64,000 bases of DNA, taken from NCBI GenBank assembly GCA_046563655.1, contig CM102286.1, positions 11,098,001 through 11,162,000 of the forward strand, read 5' to 3'. A program made the translations under genes and the position numbers. Under the pieces are notes generated by a model that worked only from the letters and a program-made list of their open reading frames with translations, had not been told where the DNA came from and did not search any database. Shown here one piece after another: positions 1-12,624 of the stretch (position 1 is the first letter of the stretch; the number at the start of each line of letters is the position of its first letter). The stretch comes from Yuukianura sp. NJ FZ-2021 (Eukaryota).

Positions 1-836
1 GCTGACTTTCCGCGTGTGTGGGGGAGGATTGGTGTGGAATGACATTGGACCATTTGCCATTTCTATATTCACACATGGGGGGGGGGTTTAAGGTAATAGG
101 GCAGGTTGTGTACCTAGGTCGGGGATGAAATTAACGTCGAACAGAACGAAGGGAGAAAATATTCTGAGTGGTGAGGGGGGGGAGGCTTGTGTATAAACTA
201 GCTTGGGTGAGTGTTGGTGTCGAATCCATTCTAGAAAAGTGTGCGGCGCAGGGTGGAGGGGATTCCGGGAGAAATGTGAAGCAATAATGGCCCTTAGTCC
301 GTTTTTCTGCAGTTCCTCTTCATTCATTCTTCTCAATAGAGCCCTTCGGGAACGGAGCCTGTCCTTTTCCCTTCGTGCTGAAAACTAAGTTAGACAACAG
401 GGAAAGGCGGCCTCCGAACCCTTCGAATCCCCCATTCCCTTTATTCCTAAAGTATTGTGATAGAATTGAGCCACCTAGTACAATAAGGACGGCCGTCGGA
501 TAACAGAATGAAAGTGGAATCTGGGCACAAATCTGTACCAGAAAACGAAACGCCACGGATTTGGAAACTGGAAAGTGGGAATGGCGGCAAAGCAAAACAA
601 TCCATCTTTGCGCTTTCAATAAAATTAAGCTAAAAATGATACAGGCGTAGGTTTTCGTCCAAAGCATCCCGCCTATTAAAGTGTGGGGGGTCCGGAGGGA
701 CCCTGAACGAGAGGGATCCAGAGGCACCACTGAACACAATATAGTACGAATTCCCTTTTACATTTTCATATTTCAGTTTCGAATCCTTCATAAACTGGCT
801 CAGTTGTGTTCGCGATTCCGAAGAGATAACATCAAC

Positions 837-1259
837 ATGGGAGGTATTAATCAATTATACATCGACTATGTCATTCCTATTTCTCCCAGAACCGAAAAAG
901 AAACAAAAAAGCTGAGCTTTGTTCGTGGTAAAAATGGGAAACTTTCATGCCCTTATTGCCCAAAAGAGTTTGCCCGGAAAGACACCGTAAAGCGGCATGT
1001 TATTAACTTCCATTCACCACAAGTCGGAGGTGGAAAAACGGAAAACACGGAAAGCATGGAAGAAAGTCCATCTTCTCAAAGTGAAAGTAGCCTAGCTTCC
1101 GAAGAAAACAACGATTCGGAGGACGACCTGGAGAACGATTCGGAGATTTCTGCGGAAACAATTAAGCTCATTTTACACCTACTTAAGAATGCTCAAGCCG
1201 GAACTCAAAGATTAACAAAAAAACTTCTATACCAAGTAATAACGGATGCTGACCCTTAA
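837..1259 (+). CDS. Small C2H2 zinc-finger protein with acidic/Ser-rich tail
   Basis: First in-frame ATG of ORF 681-1259 is at 837. Motif CPYC-x12-H-x4-H (CPYCPKEFARKDTVKRHVINFH) is followed by an E/D/S-rich stretch. Confidence 0.65.
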   Translation: MGGINQLYIDYVIPISPRTEKETKKLSFVRGKNGKLSCPYCPKEFARKDTVKRHVINFHSPQVGGGKTENTESMEESPSSQSESSLASEENNDSEDDLENDSEISAETIKLILHLLKNAQAGTQRLTKKLLYQVITDADP

Positions 1260-1319
1260 GTGCTTTCTTCGCTGCCCTGTGGAGTTTGCCAACATGGCAC
1301 ATTACATAACATCACGCTC

Positions 1320-1445
1320 CGCTCCACCGCGCCTGATTCCGCTCTACCCCACCTCACCCCACCCCACCCCACCCCACCTCATCCCGCCCCTCCCCACCTC
1401 ACTCCACCACCCGACCTCACCCCGCCACACCCCGCCTGACCACAT
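1320..1445 (+). repeat. C-rich degenerate (CCCCA/CCTCA)n simple repeat
   Basis: Runs of cacccc/cacctc pentamer-like units. Confidence 0.7.
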
Positions 1446-1956
1446 TCGGTCCCAGCGCAGTAGAAATCAGGAAAACTAAAAAGAATGTAACATAACAATG
1501 GAAACTTTAAATTCGCCACTGACTGAGTGAGTCGTCTTCGGTCTGTACTATCACACAGATCGATACTAAAAGCAGTGGAAAAATAACTATTAAACCAGGC
1601 ACATTTCCAATTTTCAGTTCATTTGCAATCAAAGGTTTGACCCAAACACTTTGATTACTCTATTTGACTTGAAGAGTGCGAGTTTCTCCGCCAGACACGA
1701 TTAGACACAAACAATTGCGTCCTTGTTGAAAGCCAATACTCTAATTGAATTGTTGGACAACCGAGATCTACGGCGTCAAATCCCTTCCAGGTGGACTTCC
1801 GAACACTCTCGGTGATTCTATTTTAGGAAGTTGGCAGTATTGCAACATTTAATTTTCTTCGTATTAGGAAACTGGTCGACCTTTGTTTTGAACTACTATA
1901 GAAAACTCCACTCATATTTTTAGAAGGTAGAGCTGCTTCAGCCTGGTCCCAACACA

Positions 1957-4900
1957 ATGAACAAGTCAAAGAGAAAGCCAATTCGAAAAAGAAAGGTACG
2001 CCTCTAAGGTATCATTAGCAATTTCCAGAAAACTAAGTTTTCCTGTTTTCTCCCATTTCAGTTCAACTGTATACATTGTACATACGAATGTAGTACAGTC
2101 TATCAATTGGATTGTCACAACGAAACGAGGTAAGTTTACGTTCTCTGTTGCTCTTTTTCTCCAACATCTTAATAATCGGGAAAAATACTTGTTCAATTAG
2201 ACACTACTGTCACAAGTGCGGTGCAGTTGTAAATTCACTCCCTGCCCACGATCCCCAATGCGTCCAAGTTGGCGGCGCCAACCCGGCAGGAAATGATCTG
2301 GGTCCGCCAAACATTGACGAGAGTGTATTCAAGCAAGTGGAAACTACTCACCGAGGAGAGCTGGTCTCCTTTATTTTCAAACCCCTGCAAGACTTTAGAA
2401 TGCTTGCAGATTTGATCGAATCTGTCGAAAGTCCTCTTAAGTTATTGGTTGAGCAAAATTTGGCTCACTATGGAGCAATCAGAATCAAGTTGGTTCTGCT
2501 GCTCACTCTAGTTCAAAGTGGAACGCGTGAAAAACGACAAGACGTTCCTACTAGTAGCACTTGGGTTTCTGTTGGCCATAAGTCATTTATAGAAAATTCT
2601 CTAATAACCTGTATTTCGTTTATTATTACAAATTTAAACTTCATGTGCCAGACCAAGTCGGACATGGCCGTAGATAGAATAGACACACATTACGTGTTAA
2701 TAGGGAATTATGTGGTCCCCAAAGGAAGAGGCTGTAACAGTAAGCTGCCGGTCCGATTGAAAAACAAGAGAGGGCTTTTGAACCCAGAAGGGCCTCCGTC
2801 TCTTTGTTTTCACATGTGCATAATGATGAGCCAGTACAGGTACAAGATTCTGGCATTACAAATTGGAAAAGAACGGTTTGCATTCAAAACAAATCAAAAA
2901 CCGTTGAAACGCAAAGAACAGGAACAGTGGAAAAGGCGGCAAATGGTAAAGTTCAAAAACTACAAACAATACTTTCACCCACAGAGGATTAATTTTACGG
3001 AAATTAACAAGGATGGAAAAGGGGTTAGTCTGCTTGACCTGGACTTGTTTGAAAAAAATAATCCAGAATTTTCTGTAACAGTTTATGCCTTAGGGCCGCA
3101 TAAAAAAGTTCAAATTATCAGATATGCGCAAGCTCAAAAGTCCAGGCACGTAAATTTGCTTTATTTTGAAAATGAACCGGGTTATGGACACTTCGTTTTG
3201 ATTGAAAATATGAGAAAGTTTCGTTCTGAATACAAAAGCAAATGCTTTTGTGGCATCTGTGGAAAGGGATTCATAAGTACCAAAGCACTGGGAAAACACA
3301 ATTGTCTTCTCAGTAGTGCGTGCAGACTAAAATCTACAGCAGCTAAATTCTATAAATTCGATAAGCCAGAATACACTCTTAGACAGTCACACTTGATTTA
3401 CTTTTCTCTTCAAAAAATTTCCGTTACAAGGCAAAGACCCGAAGGATGGGTTACAAAGCAAGTAGTAGTGGGGTACAACATCCTTCTACTTTCACCGGAA
3501 GGAGTTAGCGAAGTGTGTCACTACTATGGGAAAAAGGCAATGAGCCACTTTCTTGACGCGGCACTTTGCATTACTGAAAAGTATTTGAAACTTTTAAGAG
3601 CCACAAATAACCATGTAGAAATGACCGAAAAGGAATGTGAAATTTTAAATTCCGCCTCAAAATGTACATTTTGCAATTGCCATTTTGACGCGTTTGATGT
3701 AAACCATAGGCGCGTAGTTCATCACCATCACTACTATGGAAACGCCGCCATTTTGCCAACAAAATCCTCCCAGCAAATGATTTTGTGCTCAGACTGCAAC
3801 TTGCGCGCACGTCAACCGCGCACTCTAACGGCCGTATTCTTTTCCGACGGTCCACATGATTTTCATCTAATCGCAAAAGGTATTGACTGCAGCAACGCTG
3901 CAGAGACGGTTACTCCGCTTTCTAGAAAAGGGGGCCAAATGGTTGGACTAATTCTAAATAAAATTTTGAGAATTGTAAATTTTGCAAATTTTCGAATGGA
4001 CGGATCCATATGGGACTTAGTGAGTGAAATGATGGAAGCCGGCCAACCGTTTCCTTGTCTTGACACGGAACTGAATGTCAAAAAATGTCCGGAAATGCTG
4101 GAGCTCTTCAGCGTAACACAATTTCCTTTAGTAGCAGTTGCAAATACATCAGAATTTTTTGGAATTTTGAGAGGAGATTTCAACGAAATGCAAATCGGAG
4201 AAAAGGATAGGGATTTGGCTTTGAGAATTTGTGAGAAATTTAAAATTTCCACGTTTGAGCAGTACTTTTCACAGAGCAATTTAATTCGCACACTAATTTT
4301 GGCTGATTTGTTTGAAAATTTCCGCACAATGTCCATGCAATATTATAGTCTCGACCCGAGTCATGTGTATACAGGTGGTAGGTATACACTGGATGCTGCA
4401 TTCTTTTATGACCGTGCCGAAGTGGAATTAGTCACAGACAAGCGTTTAGTGGACATTGTGGAAAGAGGACTCAGAGGGGGTGTTGTCCTTCTTTCTGAAT
4501 TTTTTGTAAAGGCAAACACAAAAAGATATGGACATTATGATCCATCCATTCCCACTACCAACATTTTGTCAATGGACTTGAATGGACAATATGCGCATGC
4601 GCTTTGTAAACAATTGCCAATGTCAGATTACCAGTTTCTTGATCAATCGGAGATTGACCGGCTGAATCTAATGGACCTCGCCACGGATGGCGAATACTCA
4701 TACCTTTTAGATGTGCACCTTCATATACCAGACCACCTCCATTTTTATTTACAGTCATATCCGCCAGTATGCGAAAAGAGGGCGGTAGATGTTGGTATGC
4801 TTTCCAGCGTCCAAATTGAAACCATGAATAGGCTTAGTTCTAGCGTCAGACTACAGGAGGAACGGCTAATGTCTACACTGTTTGATAAGACGTCCAATAT

Positions 4901-5855
4901 CCACCACGTTAAAAACATTCAATTTTTCCTGACGCTTGGCATTGAAATTAAAAAGATTCACTCAGTGGTAAAGTATAGACAGGCATTTCTTTTCAAAAAG
5001 TATGTCATGTTCAACACTGAAAAACGAATTTCGGCGCAAAACAAACTAGTCGACCAATTCCACAAAAATTACAACAACTTTCTAACCGGGAGACTTAGCC
5101 TTTCTCCAAACCAATACTCTACCAACAAATATTGCAAATCTGCACCACAGTTTCGAAAATATTTTGCGCAACACAATTTTGAAGACGTCTCTAGAATTTC
5201 AAAGCGAACCAGTCTGTTTCAGTTTAAAAAGTCTGAAAGTACCAATGTAAACTTTCGACTAATTTCCCTGGTAGTCTATGAACTCGCAAAATTGGAATTG
5301 CTGCAAAAAATTTACTATGAATTTATGCCTTTGTTTTCCCCCCTTTGCTTCCGTGTCATTCACTCTCATACCGACTCACTAATCGCAGCAGTGACATGCA
5401 GCGATGAAGACTATATTTTCAAATTAACTGCAATTTTGCATTTGCTCGATACTTCCAAGTTGGAAAAGTCGCACCCACTTTATTCGCCTCTAAACGCGCG
5501 AAAACTTGGTAAAATGAAAATTCAAGATGGAATTGTTGAATTTTGTGGTTTAAGAGCGAGCTGTTACAGCCTCTTGTTTCAAAATGATGTGGAAATTTGT
5601 AAAACTTCAGGGATTCCACACAGTGGAAACGAGCAATATTTAAAACATCAAAATTTTGTAAATACTTACAGTTCTGGTCTTTTAGCTGGGAATGTTGTCA
5701 TTCCGTGTGTAAAAATTGTAAATGGAAATGTAATGGAAGTAAGACTAACTAGACAGGGTCTACATAACCTTGATGTTTCTCGTTTTCGGATAGGAAATTA
5801 CTCCTTACCATTTGGCCATTGTTTGCTTAAAAATTATTCAACCCCTTCTTTGTAA
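1957..5855 (+). CDS. Protein-primed family B DNA polymerase (Polinton/adintovirus-like), 3 exons: 1957-1995, 2062-2129, 2201-5855 (~1253 aa)
   Basis: Motifs: LADLFENFR, SLDPSH, ERGLRGG, motif A SMDLNGQY, YPP..EK, motif C HTDS, LGKMK, EFCGLR, C-terminal LPFGH. Zn ribbons CGIC and an endonuclease-VII-like CTFC...HHHYYG...CSDCN. Two GT-AG introns join in frame and assemble a C2H2 finger. AATAAA at 5901. Confidence 0.88.
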
Positions 5856-8040
5856 AAACCCCACTGAAATTTTCACAATTTGTAAACATTTTGTACATTG
5901 AATAAATATATTTTTTTAGTTGAAGTCAAAGGTCAAAGTGCCAAGAAATCCGAATTGTATTTACTACATTTCGTAAATAATAATTTGTATTTAATTTATT
6001 ATTCTACACGGTGTAGGATAAAGAATTTGTTTATGAACTTTGTCAAAGGTCAAGTGGTGGCTGCTTATACATTGGTATCTACTGGCAACCCATAGAAAAA
6101 TCAATATCCGTGACGCCACCAAGTGGAATACACTGAGTTTTTTAGGATTCCTAGTGTGGAGGTGGGTGGAGGGTGATGTATTAGGCGATGGTTGGTCAGC
6201 GGTGGGGGGGGGGGCTAGGTCATTAGTACCATGGGAGTTGGGAGTTCCACCTAATTAATTAATCAGCCTAACCTAACCCTGCACTCATAACCGCCATGTC
6301 AATCATATTTTGAACACAATCCCAGCGGATCAAATGAACATACAGCACGGCTTAATTCATACAATCTGCACAGTTAACCTCCCCACCCCTTACCGCAATT
6401 GCCCACCCCATACTGGCCAATAAGACTTCATAAAAATTTGATTGACAGGTGAAGAATTAATTACGTGGTTGGTTGAAATTTATTAATTAATTGATTAGTT
6501 GGACCTGTATTACCAGAGTAGGTTTATGACGTGGAGAAGGGGGGGGGGATTAGTAGGGACAGGGGGTAATTGGTGGGGGCATATTTGAGGGAGTTAATTG
6601 GGGGTTAATATGGGTTTGGGGTTGGGGTAATGAATTGGCAATTATGCAAATCTGTCAGGCTGATTGACATAATGATTGACAGATAATCAATATTTTTTGA
6701 AGATTCTGTACACATTGTACCTACTTGTGGCATTTTACCGGCGGGAAAGCTTTGGCCTTACAAGGGCCGTACGCGACAATGTCAGGGAAATGATGGGAAG
6801 GATGCCTGGGTGATGTTTGGCCCAGCTTAGGTGCGCATCGCTGGGGAATGCTTGAGAGGGCGGCCAACCCCAGATGTTGGCCAAACACGTAAAAATGGCA
6901 CGGGCCAGTCTCGTCCCTCACATTTAGTGTTTATTGGGCAAGCAAATCCGGCCAATCCACCGCGAAACGTTACCGTTCGAGCGATGTCCGCCACACAACT
7001 CAAAGTTCGCTGGATCGTAAGTCACAATTTTCAATGTTACCATTACATTATGCATTTTATGTTTTATATATTTACTTTACGTGTTTGTACCATTCATTTA
7101 TGCATTTATACAGTACAAACATGTATTTACACCAAACGCGGATGTGTTTACATGAAATATTTATGTTCTTATGAATTTTTAGCCACTACAACAGTCGGAA
7201 TGGTACGGTAACGCCCGCGGGTACAACATTTCGTTTCGTCCGTCCGGAACGGCACGTTGGCCAAATCATCATTCATCATTGGCCAATTGGAGGAGTTTAC
7301 GCAATATGAAGTCGTAATGTCGGCTATCAACGATGTCGGTTCATCTGTACCGTCAGTACCATCTTTGGAACGCACTCGTGAAGCCGGTAACGAACTATCG
7401 CATATTTTCTAACAAACTTTACATTTGGTGTATAAAACGCGTCTTATACATACTTCTATGCGCACTATACACAAATTTCCAAATTTTTTTTAGTTCCGAG
7501 TGCCGGACCGACAGCAGTTGAAGCCAACGCTACTTCGTCAACGACAATCGTCGTCCGGTGGGGATCTGTTCCAGAAGTTCATGCCAACGGAGTCATTGAA
7601 GGATTCAAAATTTATTTTGGCGCCAAAAATGTTCCATTTCGCTACAAACAAATATCGTCTAACCTTACGTTCACAACAACTCTAACCGAACTTAAGAAAT
7701 TCACGCAGTATCACATCCAAGTACTTGCTTACACTCGTGTTGGAGATGGAAGTTTATCTAATCCGCCAGTTCAGATTCAAACTTGGGATGACGTTCCCGG
7801 GCCAGTTTCAAACGTTTCGTTTCCCGACGTTTCCACGACGATGGCAAGAATGATCTGGGACGCTCCAGAAGATCCAAACGGAGTTATTCTTGCATATAAA
7901 ATTACGTATGCCCTTGAGGGATTCACTACTGCCAGCTTTTCAATGGATTTCACGCCTGAGACGCGAACTTTTCGGTAAGAAATTTGAAAAACAACACAAA
8001 GTCTTTATTTGTTAAGGATTTGATAGCAAGACAGGACTTT

Positions 8041-8107
8041 GCCTGGGTAGCTCAATGGTGAGAGCGACTGAACCACAACCGGAAGACTACCCCGGAACGG
8101 TGGGATC
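8041..8107 (+). repeat. tRNA-like (SINE head) fragment in sdk intron
   Basis: GGGTAGCTCAATGGTGAGAGCG is an A-box/D-arm-like sequence; no complete cloverleaf. Confidence 0.4.
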
Positions 8108-9259
8108 AAGGTTCCTTGATAACGAAAAGCTAATTTTGTTTAACTTTTTATTAACAAGTTGAGTACTACCTTCTAAATGTAAATTTTAAATTTAGATTTC
8201 AAAATTTGGTTTTGCAGAGCAACTGATCTTGACCGTGAGAAAAACTACTGGTTTTCAATTTGTGCCAAAACACGTTTGGGGTGGGGCGACGTCGCTAAAC
8301 TTTTGTTTTTCACGACGAATAATCGCGAATTGCCCCAAACGCCGTCAGCTCCACGAATTTCTCCATCGCAAGTCCAGTCACGCCAAATCACGTTTTCCTG
8401 GACGCCAGGACGTGATGGATTCGGGCCAATCAGGTGACTTTGAAATTTTGAAAAGTAACTTTTGAAAAAATTTGAAGTTTCGAAATTTGAAAAATTGCAA
8501 TTCCCACGACTTTCAGATACTACACAATTGAGTACAAAGAGGGAGATGGACATTGGCAGAGAATTGGAGAGCGAGTAACGCCATCTGGAACTTCGTATAC
8601 AGCCAAAAATCTAAAGCCGTACACATCTTACCGGTTTAGGATTCAAGCGACGAACGATATTGGTCCGAGCGGTTTTCCTCCCGAATCCAATGTATCGTGG
8701 ACTCTACCTGCCGGTAAAACACGAAACTGAAAAAATTGATGTGAAAATTTTTCAAAAATTAAAATTTTGCAGTTTTTTTTTTTTTTTTTTGAAAATTTTC
8801 CCATTTTCGGAACTTTTAACAGCACCAAGTGGAGCCGTGGGCGATATTCACGTGATTCCAACCACTACCACAAGCATACGTGTCAACTGGAAACCGTTGC
8901 CACTTGAACGGTGGAACGGCGATGCCGAAACCGGTGGCTACCGGATCGAATACCGGCAGGTACTGGACTACCTCGTGGCGTCTGCGCAGTCATCTCCCAA
9001 TGAAGAAATGTGTGGAACGCAGTCATCTTCTATTGTGCTCAAAGATCTCACGAGAGACAAAAACTATGAAGTGACCGTCGTCGCTTTCAATTCGCGCGGA
9101 GACGGCGAAATTTCACGTCCCGCTACAATTTACGTCGGAGAAGCCGTGCCTACCGGAGAACCACGCGACGTCAAAATTAGTGCCGTCTCGTCCACTGAAA
9201 TTCAAATTCAATGGACCGCTCCGCTTCAAAATGAACAAAATTGAGATTTACTTAGAAAC

Positions 9260-9473
9260 CGGTAGTACTCCAATGCTCCGAATGGATTTCTCCGAAACCA
9301 ATTTTTCCGAAAGGTGCATTGGTTCGAAAGATAAGTTGATCCGAAATTGATTAGGTTACAGATTCTGTACAATGTAAAACTAGCTTTCGCAGCAATTTGC
9401 CGTTCGGAGCAATTCGTTTCGGAGAAATTATTTCGGGGTAATTAATTTATTCGGAGTAATTGCATGGAACCCA
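9260..9473. mobile_element. Degenerate MITE-like insertion at an sdk exon end
   Basis: Repeated TCCGAA/TTCGGA motifs in inverted arrangement; replaces the expected GYK exon end. A related fragment lies at ~14950-15120. Confidence 0.4.
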
Positions 9474-10859
9474 GAAAATAAACACTTCTAATTTTTGCTC
9501 TTTTTTTTTTTAATTTTCGCATGTTTTCAGCTATACTATCAGGCTGACGGCACTGAAGAGGAGGAGCTTGAAGTTGTTCCAGCGTGTTGTACAAAACAAT
9601 CTCTATTTTTCCTAGAAATGTACACATATTACTCTGTGCGCATGGCAGCCTTTAACCCTGCAGGGGACGGGCCCTTCACAGCCCCCTTAGGGGTACGCAC
9701 CCACCAAGGGCCCCCTGGCCCTGTTTTGAACATTTCCTTCCACGATATCACCATGACGGCCCTGCGAGTGACGTGGTTGAAGCCTTCGCGCCCCAATGGC
9801 GAAATCGCTCACTACTTGGTTACATACGAAACGGTTCTGGAGCAAGGGGGCGGAGCTAGTGGAGAAGATCAAGTGATTTCGAAACAAGTACGCCAGAAAG
9901 TGTCTTGTTGCACGCTATTGGTGGAGAATTTGGAAGAGGAGACACGACACAGTTTTTCAGTACGCGCTAAAAACGCGGTTTTGGGAGAAGTCGGCCCGTC
10001 AGAGAGGAAAAACGTGAGTACTGGACCACAGTTTGGCTCACCCAAGACTCCACGTGACTTGAGATTACACAAAATGTATGCAGCAGTGATGCTACAGTGG
10101 GTGAATGACGAAAAGTCAACTATCATTACTACATTGTTACATTTGGTTACTACATTGAAGCAAAACGTGAAGGTAAAATTTTTGAACATTTTCGAAAACA
10201 AAAATTGAAAATTTTCATTTTTCAAAAAAATAATTCTAAAACTTTCTCTGTTTGATAAAAAATTTCTGCTTTCACAGTGACCCATGAGTGGGAATTGAGT
10301 AAGTAAAACTTTCACTTTCTTTTCTACACCTTCTATTTTTCATTTCGTCCGTCCGTCTGTCTGTCTTTCCGCCTGTTGGGCAATTTTTGTTTTGTTTTTT
10401 TTTTTCAAAATTTTTTTTCAAAAATTCAACATTTTTTTCTCTTAGATGAAAATCGATGGACAACTGTCCAGAAGACTGACGATGGACGCCTGTCAAAGTT
10501 CACCGTGTCATTTCAAAATCTTCTTCCCTCTACTGCCTATACTTTCCGACTCATGGCCTATAACCAGTTTGGAATCAGCTACCCATTGGCATCTGACGAC
10601 ATTGTAATTTTTCACCAAATTTTGAATTTTTGGAATTTTTTAAATTTTAATGAAATTTTGAATTTTGCCGGCAAGGTGTTCACCCCGTCCAAACTGTTCT
10701 TGGAATATGTCTCAGAGCAGAGTCCGTTCTACAAACAGACGTGGTTTCTCGTCGTCATAGCTTCCGTATCAGTAACGCTAATCATTGGATTAGTGGCCTA
10801 CCTCTGCGTCAAAACCAAATCCTACAAATATAAACGTGAGTCAAAGATCAACAAAGAGC

Positions 10860-10927
10860 TCCAGAGCTCAAGGGTTAGTGTGCTTCCTGGATTGAAGAGA
10901 TGTGGGTTCGAATCCCATTCGGTTCCT
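10860..10927 (+). repeat. tRNA-derived SINE-like head in sdk intron
   Basis: AGCTCAAGGGTTAG (A-box-like) and GGGTTCGAATCCC (B-box/T-arm). Confidence 0.45.
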
Positions 10928-12624
10928 TATTTTTCTGCACACTGGTTCTTTGTCTCTCAAGCCATATGTGACCCCTGAATGTCAAATTGCGAAGAACGAA
11001 AATTTTTAGTGCCTGAGCAGAACTTAATTTTTGTTTTGTGCAGATGAAGCTGACCGGAGCTTAGAGGAGACGACCAGTATTGAGGAGGGGGCGCTGTACG
11101 GCTCTTCAGTGGAACTTCGGCAGTCACAGAAGAAGATCTCGACGCTCAAAAGGAAAGGCACGGCGGCATCCAAGGCCCCACCAAGACCCACCCCCGGCTC
11201 AGTCACTTACGTATGCAAAATTAATAAATTAATATAATGAATAATAATTAATTAATTATAATATATTTTATTAGACTGATGATGAGTCAGACAAGGCTTA
11301 TGACAACAACCCAGATGAGAGCAGCCTCACTGAAAAACCGTCTGAGATTAGTTCAACGGACTCTCAAGTAAAGGAATGCACAAATAATAGAAAATTAAAA
11401 CACAAATTACAATCTGTCTTTGGCGGGAAAAAGTCTCGCGTTGCCCCTTCTTTCTGCAACTAAAAAAACCTTTGAATTTTGGTGCCTTAAACTTCTCTAA
11501 GCTTCAACCTCCATCTATGGGTGACTTGCTTTTCAAAGTAAACGGAAATTTATCTCTCTACGCATGAGTTTTTTAAACTTTTGCAAATACGCTGCAAAAA
11601 CAAATTGACCACGCATGCTCAAATCTAACTGTATTTTTAAATGTCTTTCAACTTTTGAGCAATTTTTGCCGCTTTTTCTTTTGAAATTCCATCAAATGTT
11701 TCACTCTTCTTTGTTTATATACCAATTTTTGGCTGTTTTTAATAATTTTCCAAAATTTCAGACAAATTTTTGACTTTTTTAACATCACATGGTTGTGTCT
11801 TTTTTGTAGGGTAATGAAACAGAAATGGAGGACGAAGTTGACGGAGTCCCTGAGCCAAATCCGCATTCTTTCGTGAGTCACTACGCAAATGTGAATGACA
11901 CTTTGAAGCAGAGTTGGCAGAAGCAGAAGCCCGTGAGAACTGCTTCTGTCAACTACTCCAGCTACACGGAATCAGAGCCAGAAGCCACTGCCAGTCTCCA
12001 GGGGGGTCAAGGTCGCGTAGTCCTTGAGAACATGGCAAGGTCACGCAAACCCCTCCCGGGCTTCTCATCCTTCATTTGAACTTCCCGCTCCTTTCCAAGT
12101 CTGTGATACTCCCGAAATATCTTCATTAATCAAAAGTGATTAGTAATTTATAATTACAAATCTGCTTATACTTTGCCAGTTTTCAACAAATCACATACAC
12201 TGCATACAGGATTTAAAAATATCACCGAGAGTTCTCTAAAACTATCACATTTATACTGACTAATTTTGAAAATTCTAAAATTTAGATTCAGTTTTGAATT
12301 TTGGAGAAACAGCAGGTTTAACCGATTTCCGATTTAAAATAACAAGGTCTTCATAACTACTGTTTGTTCATTGCTCTTGTGGATTCCATATTCAAAATTT
12401 GAAATTGAAACAATAAAAACACATCCTGGAAATGCTTTTTAGTTTAATTTTTCGTACAACTTCTCAGAAGATTAATTTTTTGAAATAATGTTGCATTTGT
12501 GCCACATTTATTCTCAAAGTGTCTTTGTAGAGAAAGGTTTTACATTCTTGGGTTAAAATTTTAGTTGAAATTCCATTTTGCAGTTCTTTGCTCTGGTTTA
12601 AAGCTATACTCTATACATAAGTAA

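Larger units (their letters stand above)
1..6938. mobile_element. Right part of a large DNA element carrying a pPolB and a C2H2 zinc-finger gene; left end lies outside the window
   Basis: Contains a Polinton/adintovirus-type PolB. Sequence switches abruptly to mid-exon Sidekick coding sequence after ...CATTTAGTGTTTATTGGG at 6938. No integrase, capsid or packaging ATPase is visible in the window. Confidence 0.6.
6939..12079 (+). pseudogene. sdk: Sidekick (Ig/FN3 cell-adhesion) 3' half, 5'-truncated and disrupted
   Basis: Multiple spliced FN3 exons (PPRNVTVRAMSAT, VGEAVPTGEPR), TM segment (PFYKQTWFLVVIAS...), cytoplasmic PPRP and C-terminal PDZ-binding GFSSFI*. Lesions: frameshift ~7265, nonsense TGA 9242-9244, frameshift ~10130. 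Confidence 0.88.

Noticed and set aside
88..739. Possible divergent gene on the minus strand inside the element
   Set aside because: A charged stretch looks coding, but no motif or reliable exon model could be built.
1246..1479. Pro/His-rich ORF
   Set aside because: It is the translation of a C-rich simple repeat.
8041..8107. Functional tRNA gene (also 10860-10927 and ~31075-31115)
   Set aside because: Only partial A/B boxes, with no complete acceptor or anticodon stems.
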